Of a stretch of 64,000 nucleotides of DNA, positions 46,373-58,085 are shown piece after piece (the first letter of the stretch is position 1; each line of letters begins with the position of its first letter). The position numbers and the translations under genes are program-made. The notes below the pieces were generated by a model that saw nothing but the letters and a program-made list of their open reading frames with translations, was not told where the DNA came from and searched no databases. The stretch comes from Emiliania huxleyi CCMP1516. Lineage: Eukaryota. Where the stretch lies: contig NW_005201912.1 of assembly GCF_000372725.1 (NCBI RefSeq), positions 62,001-126,000 on the forward strand, given 5' to 3'.

Positions 46373-48373
46373 CTAGCTAGTTTCGAACGCCGCCTCCCAG
46401 TCCGCAGCATGTGGGGCTAGCGAGGCGGCGAGCGGGGCTGCGGGACTCGAGTCGAACCCCGCCGGCGGCGACTCGAACCCGGCGGGCGGTGAGAGCAAGC
46501 TGGACAGCACTGGAGCGCTCGGCGGGGCATACGGCGAGAGGCCGCAGTCGTGGGCTGCACGGATCGTGAATGGCTTGGCGGGCTTCCGCTTCTTTGCCGC
46601 AGAGGCCGCCGCCGGGGGCGAGCCTCGCGGCCCCTTCGACGGCACCTCGCCAACTTGCACCGCATCGGATTTGGGGCTCTGCAGTGCCGGCGGCGCTCCG
46701 AACGGAGGGTCAAAGAACGGGTTGCCTGACCCTGCGCACGCCGGTGGCGAGCCGACGGCGAGAGCCGTTGGCTCGCGGCCACCGGGGGCAAGGGTAGTAG
46801 CCGTGGTGGGGAGCAAGTGCTTGTCGGACGAGCCTGTCGCGAGCATGGCGTCCCGCGCCACAACCCCGACCTGAGACGAGGTGTGTAGGTGTTCTAGGTG
46901 AGGTCGCTCCTCCATCTCACGCCACGCACGAGATACAGCCTCGAGGTTGCAGGTAAAGGGCAAGGGCCTTGAGAGCGGTGGTGGTGGGGTGCGCGGTGAA
47001 GGCGCGGTGGTGGTGGGCGGCGGCGGTGGTGGTGGTCTTGGGTGGGGGGTTGAATGGGGGTGGAGTGGTGACGTACCTGGAGGTTATTGTTTTGTGCGTG
47101 GTGGTGGTGGTGGGGGGGGGGGGGGGTTGCGTGCCTTGGGCGCGCCCGAACCGGAGATATCGTCCATCCCGCCCCACTCGTCGGGAGAGGTGAAGCCTCG
47201 GCGGGCCCGGCCGCTCTTCTTTTGCTGCGCGGTGCGACCCCGGACGGCACGCGGGCGGACGCCTGGTGGCAGGGCTGGGGCTAGGATTTGGGGAGTATGC
47301 CCCCCAGCCACGGAGGGCGAGCGGAGTGGCGAGGGGTAGGCGCGAGGGGGGCGGTGAATGAAAGATGTGTGGTGGCGACTGTCAGTGGCGAGATGCGAGG
47401 GCAGAGAGGGGGAGCGAGTGGCGCCTCGGAAGGCACAGAAGCCAGCGACAACCAGGCAAAAGCCGATGAGAGGCAGGAGACTGACGAGGAGTGCCGGGGA
47501 CCCGGTGTTCGAGTCTGGTGAGGATGGAGGCGACGGAGGTGACGGAGGCGAAGACGGAGGCGACGGAGGTGACGGCGGCGACAGCGGAGGCGGTGGGGCT
47601 GGCGGAGACCGAGGCATCGGGGGCTGCGACGGCGGGCTTGAGGGAACTGGCGGCGACCCGGGTGGTGGCGGCACAAACGGCGGAGAGGGAGGCGGCGGCG
47701 ACGGCGGGCCCGGAGGGGGCGAAGGCGGCAGAGGCTGGCGAGGTGGCGAGGGGGGGGGCATCGACGGGGGAGGAGAGGAGGGCGGCGGGAGCGGCGGAGG
47801 CGCCGGCGGCGGCGGCGAGGGCGGAGCGGGCGACGGGCAGAACCCGCAGGAGAAGTCGCAGGCGCCTGCCAACGGGCACGAGGAGCAGTAGTCGTCGCCG
47901 CATTGCGGATCCGCTGTATCTTTTGGGCACCCGGCTTTCAGTTTCTCGGTGCAAGGGTAAGGAGCGACCGGCGGCGGTGACGACGGTGGCGGTGGCAGGA
48001 GCGGCGGAGGCGCCGGCGGCGGCGGGGACGGCGGCGGCGATGGCGGCGGCGACACTGGCGGCATCGACGGGGGTGGAGGAGAAGGCGGTGGCGGGTGCGA
48101 GCAGAAGCTGCAGGTGAAGTCGCAAAAGTGCGGTTGGTGGCAGTCAAGGCAGAACTGCGTGCCGCACAGACCCTGATTGGCTTGGCAGAACGCAGCTCCC
48201 GCCGTTTCTTTGCAGTCCTCATACGGGATGGATGGCGGCAGCGGCGGCGGCGGTAGCAGCGGTGGTGGCGGTAGTGGTGGGCTTTGCGGGGAGGGTGAGA
48301 GTGGGCTTTGTGGCGACGGGGTGGGGGAGCTCGGTAACGCCGCCACTTTCACGGCTAGCAGAGGAAACATCAT
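46373..48373 (-). CDS. Proline-rich cell-surface protein with two ShK-like Cys modules and a TM helix (3' exon structure uncertain)
   Basis: MMFPLLAVKVAA signal-like start; C...C...C..FC..C....CDFTCSFC and C...C...C..YC..C....CDFSCGFC separated by PPSPP linkers; LLVSLLPLIGFCLVVAGFCAF. Confidence 0.65.
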
Positions 48374-48445
48374 CAGTGCGATTGTGGGACGCTGTCGATC
48401 CAAGACGAGTCGTCGACACGGTGCTTGGATTATAAAAAGAATTTT

Positions 48446-48747
48446 GGACTCGCACTGCAAAGGCGACGGCTTAGAAGCCGTCGCCCTCACAGATGCCGTC
48501 CTCCTCACAGAAGGCGTCGCCGGAATGGTAGTTAGGCGGATGGTCGAATCCGCGAGCACCGTGGTGCTCGCCGAGAGGACCATCCCCATCATCCTCCGAC
48601 TCCATCCCCTCCCCCCCCGTCGCTCCCGCCGCGCCCCCCGCCGGCGCCCGTCGCGGGACTTCCTGCCCCCCCCGCCAGCGCCGCGGGCCGGGCCGCTCCG
48701 CAACTCCTCCAGGTCCCCCTCAAAGAGGAGGACCCGCCCCTCCCTCA
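48446..48747 (-). mobile_element. Insertion flanked by 15-bp direct repeats TATAAAAAGAATTTT
   Basis: Repeats at 48431-48445 and 48748-48762. Contains the ggcgacggcttagaagccgtcgcc hairpin, part of which is shared with 25100-25120. Confidence 0.55.
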
Positions 48748-49927
48748 TATAAAAAGAATTTTAACCTAAACTCCGTCGCACGACACTAGGCGAGGGGCCC
48801 CGCCACGAGAAGTGCGTTCTGGGGATGCAGAGCGTGCAAAGCGGCTAGGGATGAGGCCACAAAAGAGGCGCGCGAGACAAGGAGGAGAATCGGAGAACGG
48901 AGAGACTGGGACGACTGGACACAAGAAGACAGTGAGCCACCCACAGGCTGAATTCCGAACTAAATCAAAATTTCATGGTTCAGGAAGGGGGTCGGCGAGA
49001 TCCTCTGGAAGGCGGCGAACGTGCTGCAGAACAAGCTGACGCTCATGTGCAAGCCGCGAGGTGTGTAGCCAGCCAGATCCAGCTGCGCAACGCGAGCGGA
49101 GCGAGCGAAGCGCCAGGACGATGTGCTCCACGGCGCACGTCCCTTTGTAACGCTTCACACGCCGTCGCTATGACATGCTATGAAAGGGTTCGCGAGCATC
49201 GCACAACATCGCCGTTTATCGCATTTTATCGCCAAATATCGCGCGGTATCGCAGTTGCGATATTGTGAAAAATTCCCGCTAGACTAGGGGTAAGTCTGTG
49301 GCTAAGTCGAGATGGGGCAGCGAGCGGCCGGTCAGGTCGACTCGCCAATGCCCAGCCCGCTTGTGGCTGCCACGACACATGGCCTCTTGGACCTTGCCGA
49401 GCAAGGTCCACTTCGGCTAAATTCACGCCCCAAACGCTACTATTTGCTCAGGCCAAGTCCAGACACACTAGAGGACTGCCTGAGCACACAGGGGCATGTA
49501 CTACTTACTATACTCACACCTACTATGCTGTTTTCACACCGATCATAATACGCGATCGCGCAGATGGCGTGCAGGAGGCGCTTACAGCCGCCGTCCATCC
49601 AGCACGTGCTGCGCCAGCGCGCAGCGGCCAACCGAGGATCCCGCCATCGGTCGCCAACTGCTTGCAACGCACACATCGGCTGCCACCGAGTATGCGGAGT
49701 CTGTGTCAGACATCTTTTCCAACGCCGACTTTTCGGGCTCGGCGAAGCGCTACTAGTACCAGAAATCCAAAGGTTTTTCTTGCGGCCTGCTTTTTGCCCG
49801 GCCGCACGCAGCGCTAAGCGGGCGTCCTTTTTATCGGGCGTCCTTTGCTCCTCCGCGAGCTGGAAAGCCGCCCAAAAATCTGCCAAAAATTAGGAAGCGC
49901 CGGAGATATAACTGGGGCCCCGGACGT

Positions 49928-50367
49928 AAGTGGGGCGGGCCCGGGCGGGGCCGGTTCCGGGACCGGCGGGGGCACGGGCGGGCCCCGGCCGGGTCAAAAG
50001 TGGCCGCTCCCGGGCCGCCGAGCGTGCTTTTGCCGGGCCGGTTTTCTCCTCGCCGGGCCCGCCTCGCGCAAAACAGGCCCGGCAAACCCGCCTGTCCGGG
50101 CCCGGCTGTGAGTGAGCGGGCCGGCCTATGTGCCGCAGACGGGCCCGGGCAGGACGGTTTTCTCCACGCCGGGCCCGCCTCGCTCCTCGACCTGCTGATT
50201 TGGGCGCTTCGGCCCGGGAGTGGCAAGCCGGGCCCGGCAAAGTGTGTGGGTTGGGTTTGGGAGGGGCAAGCCGGGCCCGGCAGGGCGCGCGGGTCGGGCC
50301 AGGCATGGGTCCGAGCCGGGCCCCGCAGGTGCCCGAGCCGGGCTCGGCCTGGCCCGGCGCCCCACTA
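49928..50367. mobile_element. MITE-like element rich in CCGGGCCCGG motifs
   Basis: Ends aagtggggcg / cgccccacta are inverted; dense GGGCCC motifs inside; no TSD found. Confidence 0.45.
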
Positions 50368-50538
50368 AGCAAATCGACCCGTTTCCCATCCAATATCTCC
50401 CACTCGGCCGCGGAGGCCCCAATTGAGAGCGGGGCCCGGGAAAGGGGGTTTATACTGGTCGTGGTTACCCCTCGCACGACCCCGGGCGACAGCGGGGGAC
50501 CCCGCAGCAGCGAACCCGCCACTTCCCGCGAGCCCGCG

Positions 50539-51694
50539 ATGCCACACGCTCGCCTCGCTGGCCTTCTTCTGCCGGCTTTGCTGCAGTCGGTTCGATGCCT
50601 CGCTCTCGAGCCTCCCGTCCGCCCCGCGCCACCGGCGTTGCGCCGGCCGCGTCCGCTTGCCATGAGCGCGAGTGGCGGCATTGGCGGTGGCGACAGCAGC
50701 AGTGACCCGGAGCGGTGGGCGAGCCTGAGCGGCTCCGATCTCTCGCGCGAGCTGGCGCGGCGCTCCACGCTCAGCTCTCGCGTGCGCACGTCTGCGCCCG
50801 TCCGCTTCTCGCTCGCGGCAGCTGCCGATGGCCGGCAATTTCTTGTCTCGTTTGCGCGCTTCTGGACGGGCCTCGGCGCGGCGGTGCCGGTGAACCGGCT
50901 CATGCTGGCCCTGATCGTCGCGGCCTACGGGCTGCAGGGCGTCTGCGGCCGCGCAATGCTCTACGCGGGCGCGCGGATGAACCAGGCCATTCTGGTGGGG
51001 CAGTGGCACCGGCTGATCACGCCGATCTGGCTCCACGGCTCGCTGATGCACCTCGCCTCCAACAGCTACTCCCTGTGGCACCTGGGCCCGCAGGCGGAGG
51101 CGCTCTTTGGCGCCGAGCGCTTCCTGCTCCTCTACGTGCTCTCGGGCGTCGGCGGGAGACCCGCCTCGGGGTCTGGGTTGTGCCGGGGGCCCTCCCCTGA
51201 ACCTTCTCGAGAACCTTCGCGTAGGCGGGAACCTGCTCGGGCTGTGGATGGGCGCGGCGAGGAGCATGTCGGTCGGCGCCTCTGGCGCGGTCTTTGGCCT
51301 GATGGGCGGCTTGGCCGGCCACGCACTTCGCACCTACGGCGTCGCGGGCGCGTCGCAGACCCTCTCGTCCGTCTCGCGCATCCTCCTCCTCAACCTCTTC
51401 ATCGGCAGCCGGCGCGGCTCGGGCATCGACAACCTCGGCCACGTCGGCGGCTTCCTCGCCGGCGGCGCGCTCGGCGTCCTGCTCGCGCGCGGCTCGCCCG
51501 GCGACCGCAGCGCGAGCCGAGGGCCGGTGTGGCGCGACGAGCCCCGCGACGAGCCGCGCGCGGACTCCACCTCCGCCGCCCTCGGCGCGGTGGCGGTGCG
51601 CGCGGCGACGGTGGCGGTGTGGGCGGCGCTCGCGCTGAGCACGCGCGATTTTGCGGCGATGACGGCCAACCTGCGCGCGCGCGGCTTGCGATGA
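50539..51694 (+). CDS. Rhomboid intramembrane serine protease, probable plastid targeting (intron 51152-51224, GC-AG)
   Basis: GQWHRLITPIWLHGSLMHLASN, SVGASGAVFG (GxS), IDNLGHVGGFLAG (catalytic H). Confidence 0.92.
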
Positions 51695-51961
51695 CTATAG
51701 AGGAGACGCGGGGACAGCCGTGCCTTAGTCCGTCCAGGTGGAACTCCCCACAAATGTAGAGAGGGCTGGTGGGCTATCCGGCTTTATTGAATGCGTATCA
51801 TTCTCGTTTTATTCAACCCAAAATCATCGGCACGCCCCGTCCCCGCCCGACACTTGCACTCTCCCGGCTTAGCTCTCAATGCACAACGGAGGCGGCGGGG
51901 GTGGGGGGAGGGGGCACTACGCGGCTTTAGCGCCTTTTACCTAGGTTGCTCGCGTGGGGAG

Positions 51962-52847
51962 TCAGGACAGCAACGCGACTCCGGGAGAGCGCCGCGTCAT
52001 CGCCACCGGCGCCACCGCCTCCCACGCATTGGCAGCCGGATGGTACCGCTCGACTGTGTTCATCGGGCCGTCGGTGTCATCGTCTCCCACGCCCACGCCG
52101 CCGAAAGCATACATGATACAGCGTGCCGCACTGCACTGCCGCGCCTGGGGCGTATCGTGCCACCGTCATGGGCGCCACCGCCTCCCATACGTTCGTCGCG
52201 GGATCGTACCGCTCCACCGAGCTGAGGTGGCCGCCGCCGAACCCGCCAACAGCATACAGCTTGCCGTCGAGCACCGCCGCGCCGAGATGAGACCGCGCTG
52301 ACGCCATCGGCGCCACCGCCTCCCACGCGTTCAGCGCGGGATCGTACCGCTCCACCGATCTGAGTTCGTTGCCGTCGTACCCGCCCACAGCGTACAGCTT
52401 GACATCGAGCACCGCCACGTCAAGATCGCCCCGAGCCGCCGACATCGGCGCCACCGCCTCCCATGCTTTCGTCGCCAAGTCGTACCGCTCCACCGAGCTG
52501 AGGGCGCCGTCGTTGGGCTCCCAGCCGCCCACTGCATAGAACTTGCCGTCAAGCACCGCCTTACCGACATTGAATCGTGTCGTCGGCATCGGCGGCATAG
52601 TCTCCGCTTACCCCTCCCACTCGTTCGTAGAGGGGTCGTACCGCTCGAGCGAGTTGAGCACCTCGCCATAGCCGAGGCCGCCGACCACGAGCAGGCGCGG
52701 CCGCTCGCGCTTCTTCAGCGTCTCCTTCCAGCCGCGGCGCCACGCGCGGCACGTCCCCTTGGCGGCGTGCTCCGTGGTCGGCAGCTGGGCGAGGATGTGC
52801 GGGGCGAGGTCCGGCGAGAGGAGGACCTCGGAGAGGATCCAGGGCAT
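51962..52847 (-). pseudogene. F-box-like + kelch-repeat pseudogene (stop/frameshift at ~52608, disruption near 52140)
   Basis: LLSPDLAPHILAQLP...CRAWR, then repeated AVLDGKLYAVGG...SVERYDPA.NAWEAVAPM kelch units across broken frames. Confidence 0.8.
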
Positions 52848-53459
52848 GAAGGTTTGCAGCGAGAATCGGCGAGGGATTGCGCGAAGAGAAGCGTAGGAAA
52901 GAGTTTTACAACAAACCAACAGAAAACTCCCTCGCACGGGACACTGGCTGGGCACGGGACTGGCGCGCACTGGCACTAAACACACACACAGGTACACCAC
53001 TTGGGTTGTCCGTTTTCTTTCTTTCTTTCGATAGGAAGAGGCAGACGCGCCCCAAGGGGGTGGGCGACGGAAGTGGCGACGGCTCTAGCACCACACTCCT
53101 CCTCCTTAAAATCCCCTGTGAGCTGTGTGGTGGCGGCGTGCCGTCCTCCCATCGCCATCCTCCCTCCCTTCGGTTGTCTGTTTTCTTTTTTTCATAGGCT
53201 GTCACATACAGTACGCGCGCATACATTGCGGTATTTTAATAAATAACGAGCCTGTAACGAGCCAGATGTTGACGTGTTTAACCATTTTAACGGCGTGTGT
53301 CGTCCTATCCGCTATTTGGACCAGGTACCAATTTTGTCGAATTTATTTCAAAATCTGCAGGCGCGGAGCGCCTGCGAAAATTTTGAAGAAATTTGCAGTC
53401 CCGCGGGCCTGATTTTCATCAAGATCTTTCAAATTTGCGGTGTGGAGTTGGGGGGTGTG

Positions 53460-53529
53460 GGTTAGGTTAGGGTTATTAGGGTTAGAGGGTTAGGGTTAGG
53501 GTTAGGGTTAGGGTTAGGGTCAGGGTTAG
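53460..53529 (+). repeat. Interstitial telomere-type (TTAGGG)n tract
   Basis: TTAGGG units with variants. Confidence 0.95.
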
Positions 53530-53813
53530 TCTGGTTGTGTCTGCATATGCTACGGGTCCCTAGTATGGGTTCGTCCCCTGTTCACAGCAGTGCGGGGTCC
53601 CCTGGGGGTAGGGGACCCCCGGGGAGTACCAGTATGGATTTCTTTTTCGGCCGCCAATTCCAGGGCTGCATTTCTTCTTCGGGCGGGCGGAAAAAAAAGT
53701 GGCGGTGATTGCAATTTGAGAGTGGTATATGCCAGCGTTGCAGGGTTCTGCGCTGGTATCTGGCCCCACAGCGCCGACGACTAAGACTCAGCCCCAAACG
53801 CTGACCTACGGCT

Positions 53814-53859
53814 TTAGGGTTAGGGTTAGGGTTAGGGTTAGGGTTAGGGTTAGGGTTAG
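53814..53859 (+). repeat. Interstitial telomere-type (TTAGGG)n tract
   Basis: Perfect TTAGGG units. Confidence 0.95.
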
Positions 53860-53964
53860 TCTTTTCTTGCTTGTGTTTGTATGCCAGCGTTGCAGAGTTC
53901 TGCGCTGGGATCTGGCCCCAGCGCCGACGAGTAAGACTCAGCACCGCACGCTGACCCCACCAAA

Positions 53965-54440
53965 TGCCGCCTCAGGGCGCCACAGGCCGCCAGCCACCTC
54001 TTACACGCGGCCCGGCGCCCTCTCGCGGCAAAAGGGTCGAGCGAGCGGGCAGAGTCGCGATGTCTGCGCACCCGCGTGCCGATGGGCGGCACACGCAACC
54101 GAGAGAGGCCCTGTCGCGCCGCCAGTAGCGTTCTCCGCACTCCCCACGCCACCAATTGCCGCCTCAGGGCGCCAGCCACCTCTTACACGCGGCCGGCGCC
54201 CTCTCGCGGCAAAAGGGTCGAGCGAGCGGGCAGAGTCGCGATGTCTGCGCACCCGCGTGCCAATGGGCGGCACACGCAGCGGAGAGAGGCCCTGTCGCGC
54301 CGCCAGTAGCGTTCCGCACTCCCCACGCCACCAATTGCCGCCTCAGGGCGCCAGCCACCTCTTACACGCGGCCGGCGCCCTCTCGCGGCAAAAGGGTCGA
54401 GCGAGCGGGCAGAGTCGCGATGTCCCTGCGCACCCGCGTG
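53965..54440. repeat. ~180-bp tandem repeat (about 2.6 copies)
   Basis: gccagccacctcttacacgcggcc...aaaagggtcgagcgagcgggcagagtcgcgatgtc recurs near 53990, 54170 and 54350. Confidence 0.9.
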
Positions 54441-54761
54441 TTCGCCGCCTATATGCTCTATCCTGTGCCAAGACGGACACATTTTGACAATCAAAATCTA
54501 CCTCAAAATTTGCGGCCGCCCCTCGAAATTTGCTGATCAAAATTTGCGGTGGCCCGGATCGAAACCTGTACTTTGGCCAATCCGCTATCCCTCCCGCTTG
54601 CGTCGTCTGTTTTCTTTCTAGACGTTGAAAAAAGAAATCGTCCGTCCAAGTGCTCCAAGTGCATGACCACGGATCGGCGACGGCTAGCACCACTATCTGG
54701 CACGACCAGGAGGGAGAAGGACGGCAGCGTGTGTGGCGCATCAAACCGTGTGTGCGAGCGT

Positions 54762-57700
54762 TCAAGCCCGCGCCTGCTGCCACTCACGAATCTGCCGGCG
54801 CAGCGTGTGGTTGGGGGCGAGGAAGCTGTGCACGAGTGCCTCGCCCGTCATCGGGCTCGTCGACTTGGTCGCGAGCCAGCGCTCGATCGCCGACCGCTCG
54901 TACGAATGCCCGTCCGCCGCCATCACCGGGTCACTCATGATCTCGGTCGTGATCGGGCAGATGAAGTCAGCCGGCGGCTCCTCCTCCCTTGGAGCGACGC
55001 GGACGGAGGCGGCCGCGAGGGCGCTGCAGAGGGAGGCGGCGGCGAGGGTGACGCGGACGGCGACGGCGGCGACGGCGAGGCGGACGGAGGCGGCGGCGAG
55101 GGCGAGGCGGACGGAGGCGGCGGCGACGGCGAGGCGGAGGGAGGCGGCGGCGACGGCGAGGCGGAGGGAGGCGGCGGCGACGGCGACGCGGAGTGAGGCG
55201 GCGGCGACGGCGAGGCGGAGGGAGGCGGCGGCGACGGTGGCGGAGGCGAGGCGGATGGTGGCGGCGGCGAGTTCGAGCGAGGCGGCGGCGACGGCGAAGC
55301 GGACGGAGGCGGGGGCGACGGCGATGCAGATGGCGGCGGCGACGGCGACGGCGAGGCGGAGGGAGGCGGCGGCGACGGTGGCGGAGGCGAGGCGGATGGT
55401 GGCGGCGGCGAGTTCGAGCGAGGCGGCGGCGACGGCGAAGCGGACGGAGGCGGCGGCGACGGCGATGCAGATGGCGGCGGCGGCGGCGACGGCGAGGCGG
55501 AGGGCGACGGTCTCCTCGAGCGCTGCCGCAAGCTCCGCCTCCTCCGTCGCCGCCACCGCCTTCTCCGCCGCCTCCTCTGCCGGCGCCGCGGGCTCTTGCG
55601 ACGGCCCAGCGCCGCCCCCGCCGCCCTTCTTCTTCTTCTTGCCCCCCTTCTTGGCCTTCTTCTTCTCCTTGGCGCGCTTCTCCGCCTCCTCCTCCGCCAG
55701 CAGCTCCGCGGCGTGCCGCGCCGCCTCCGCCTCCGCCGCCGCTCTCACCGCCTCCCTCGACCTCTCAAGGGCGAGATCGGCGGCAAGCCCGGTCTCGGTG
55801 GCGCGCCAAATCTCCTCGACGGCGGCAGCGACCACCGCCCGCCGCTCATCGTCCGCTGCCCGCTTGGCCGCCTCTGTCGCCAGCGCCCCAGCACGCCGCG
55901 TCGCCTCCGCCGCCGCCTCAAAAGCGCGCTCGCACTCGGTGTGGCCCTGCTCCTTGGCTAGCTGCAGCGCCGTCTCGCCGTGCGGAGTGCGCGCCGCCTT
56001 GTCTGCGCCCGCACGCAGCAGGCAGAGCACGACCGACGCTTTGCCTTCGTAGCACGCAATTTGCAACGGCGTGAAAGACAGCGGCGTGGCGCTATTGTTC
56101 ATGGCGTGGTCGACTGCCGCGCCAGCCTCGAGGAGCAGCCTTGTGCACTCAACCTTGCCCTCCCGGCACGCGACATATAGCGGCGTAAAGCCATTATCAG
56201 CAGCTTGGTTGACCGCCGCGCCGGCCTCGAGGAGCAGCCTTGTGCACTCAACCTTGCCCTCCCGGCACGCGACATATAGCGGCGTAAAGCCATTATCAGC
56301 AGCTTGGTTGACCGCCGAGCTGGCGTCGAGGAGCAGCCGGGCGCACTCGAGCTGGCCCTCCTGGCACGCGATGAGCAGCGGCGTGGCGCCATTCTGCTTG
56401 GCCTGGTCGACTGCCGCACGCGCCTCGAGAAGCAGCTGGACGCACTCGAGGTGGCCGTTCTCGCTCGCGATGAGCAGCGGCGTGAAGCCGCCATCCGCCG
56501 CTTGTTCGACGGCCGCGCCAGCCTCGAGAAGCAGCTGGGCGCACTCGAGCTGGCCCTTCTGGCACGCCATGAACAGCGGCGTGGCGCCGTCGTCCATGGC
56601 TTGGTTGACCGCCGCGCTGGACTCGAGAAGCAGCCGCACGCACTCGAGCTGGCCCTCCTGGCACGCGATGTACAGCGGCGTGGCGCCGTCATCCGTAGCT
56701 TGGTCAGCGTCAGCGTTGGCGCCGAGGAGCAGCCGAACGCAGTCGAGCTGGCCCTCATAGCACGCGATGAACAGCGCGGTGGAGCCACAGCCCGTCGTCG
56801 CCCCCACGCTCGCGCCGCTCTCGAGCAGCAGCCGCACGGCGTCGATCTGCCCGTGGGCAGCGGCCCAGGTCAGCAGCGTGAAGAGGTTCTTGGCCTCCAG
56901 CCGGGTGTCGAGCAGGGCCGTGAGCGCCGGGCCGCGCGTCCGCCCGGCGAGGTAGGCGCGCAGCAAGGTCAGGTTTCCCTCGGCCAGGTCGGAGAGCAGG
57001 GCCGGGCTGATGGCGCGCCGCTCCGATGAACTCCAGCGGAACCAGCGGCTGATGTACTGCTGCATCGTGGAAATCGAACAAGAAATCGTGGGCCGTCCCG
57101 CCACCACCTCCTGGACGCGCTTTTTGAAGGTCTCGACGCACTCGGCGGAGCCCAGCTCTTTGGCCAGCTGCAGCGCCGTCTTGCCGTTCGCACTGCGCGC
57201 CGCCGTGTCTGCGCCCGCCCGCAGCAAGCGCCGCACAATGGCGGAGTGGTTCAAGAAGACGGCGTACATCAGCGCGGTGCAGCCTTCGCTGCTGTGCAGG
57301 TTGATCTCCGCGCCGTGCCGAATCAGCAACTCGACCATCCGCTCGTGGCCGTAGAAGGCGGCGGCCATCAGCGCGGTGCCGCCGCTGCTGCTCTGCATGT
57401 TGATCTCCGCGCCGTGCTGCAGCAGCAACTCGACCACCCGCTCGTGGCCGCTGTGGGCGGCCCACTCCAGCGCGGTGCCGCCGCCGCTGTTCTGCTGGTT
57501 GATCTCCGCGCCGCACCGAATCAGCAGCTCGACCACCCGCTCGTGGCCTTGGTCGGCGGCGGCTATCAGCGCGGTGCCGCCGTCGCTCCTCTGCAGGTTG
57601 ATCTGCGCCCCGTGCCGCAGCAGCAACTTGATCACCCGCTCATGGCCTGCGCCGGCGGCGCACATCAGCAGCGAGATGTCGCTCACCTCGTCTCTCTCGT

Positions 57701-57923
57701 ACGTCGCGTCGGCCCGCCCGCCGCCCTTGAGCCACGCCAGCACCGCCTCCTCGTCGCCTCGCCCAGCTGCTTGCACAACCGCTTCGGAGCCTCTTGCGAC
57801 ACCGCTCGACGCTTGCTCCGCCGCCGCCACTTGCCGCCGCCGCCCGTTCAACTCGGGACGGGAAGCGAGCCCGCCGAGCACGACGCGCTGCCCAAGCAGT
57901 GGCGCGTCTGTAGACTCCGGCAT
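54762..57923 (-). CDS. Ankyrin-repeat, coiled-coil, U-box E3 ubiquitin ligase; single ORF
   Basis: Two ankyrin blocks (GGTAL..AA..GHER.VELL..HGA and GATPL.IAC.EG.LEC.RLLL..GA); C-terminal PADFICPITTEIMSDPVMAADGHSYERSAIERWL...SPMTGE.L...LAPNHTLR. Confidence 0.92.
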   Translation of the reverse strand: MPESTDAPLLGQRVVLGGLASRPELNGRRRQVAAAEQASSGVARGSEAVVQAAGRGDEEAVLAWLKGGGRADATYERDEVSDISLLMCAAGAGHERVIKLLLRHGAQINLQRSDGGTALIAAADQGHERVVELLIRCGAEINQQNSGGGTALEWAAHSGHERVVELLLQHGAEINMQSSSGGTALMAAAFYGHERMVELLIRHGAEINLHSSEGCTALMYAVFLNHSAIVRRLLRAGADTAARSANGKTALQLAKELGSAECVETFKKRVQEVVAGRPTISCSISTMQQYISRWFRWSSSERRAISPALLSDLAEGNLTLLRAYLAGRTRGPALTALLDTRLEAKNLFTLLTWAAAHGQIDAVRLLLESGASVGATTGCGSTALFIACYEGQLDCVRLLLGANADADQATDDGATPLYIACQEGQLECVRLLLESSAAVNQAMDDGATPLFMACQKGQLECAQLLLEAGAAVEQAADGGFTPLLIASENGHLECVQLLLEARAAVDQAKQNGATPLLIACQEGQLECARLLLDASSAVNQAADNGFTPLYVACREGKVECTRLLLEAGAAVNQAADNGFTPLYVACREGKVECTRLLLEAGAAVDHAMNNSATPLSFTPLQIACYEGKASVVLCLLRAGADKAARTPHGETALQLAKEQGHTECERAFEAAAEATRRAGALATEAAKRAADDERRAVVAAAVEEIWRATETGLAADLALERSREAVRAAAEAEAARHAAELLAEEEAEKRAKEKKKAKKGGKKKKKGGGGGAGPSQEPAAPAEEAAEKAVAATEEAELAAALEETVALRLAVAAAAAICIAVAAASVRFAVAAASLELAAATIRLASATVAAASLRLAVAVAAAICIAVAPASVRFAVAAASLELAAATIRLASATVAAASLRLAVAAASLRVAVAAASLRLAVAAASLRLAVAAASVRLALAAASVRLAVAAVAVRVTLAAASLCSALAAASVRVAPREEEPPADFICPITTEIMSDPVMAADGHSYERSAIERWLATKSTSPMTGEALVHSFLAPNHTLRRQIREWQQARA

Positions 57924-57959
57924 TGCCCTGTACCGCAGCACGCCGCGGAAAAAGTTCGC

Positions 57960-58085
57960 ACCCCTCGACCCCTCGACCCCTCGACCCTCCGAGGGTCGAG
58001 GGGTCGAGGCCCCCTCGACCCCTCCGGAGGGGGCCTCCGAGGGGTCGAGGCCCCCCTCGACCCCTCGACCCCCTCGACCCCTCGG
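57960..58085. repeat. CCCTCGA(C/G) motif array in both orientations
   Basis: cccctcgacc and ggtcgagggg units immediately upstream of the U-box gene. Confidence 0.85.

Noticed and set aside
49440..49886. PHD-like finger (C..DGGCKRLLHAIC)
   Set aside because: Incomplete ligand set in a degenerate frame; cannot be supported.
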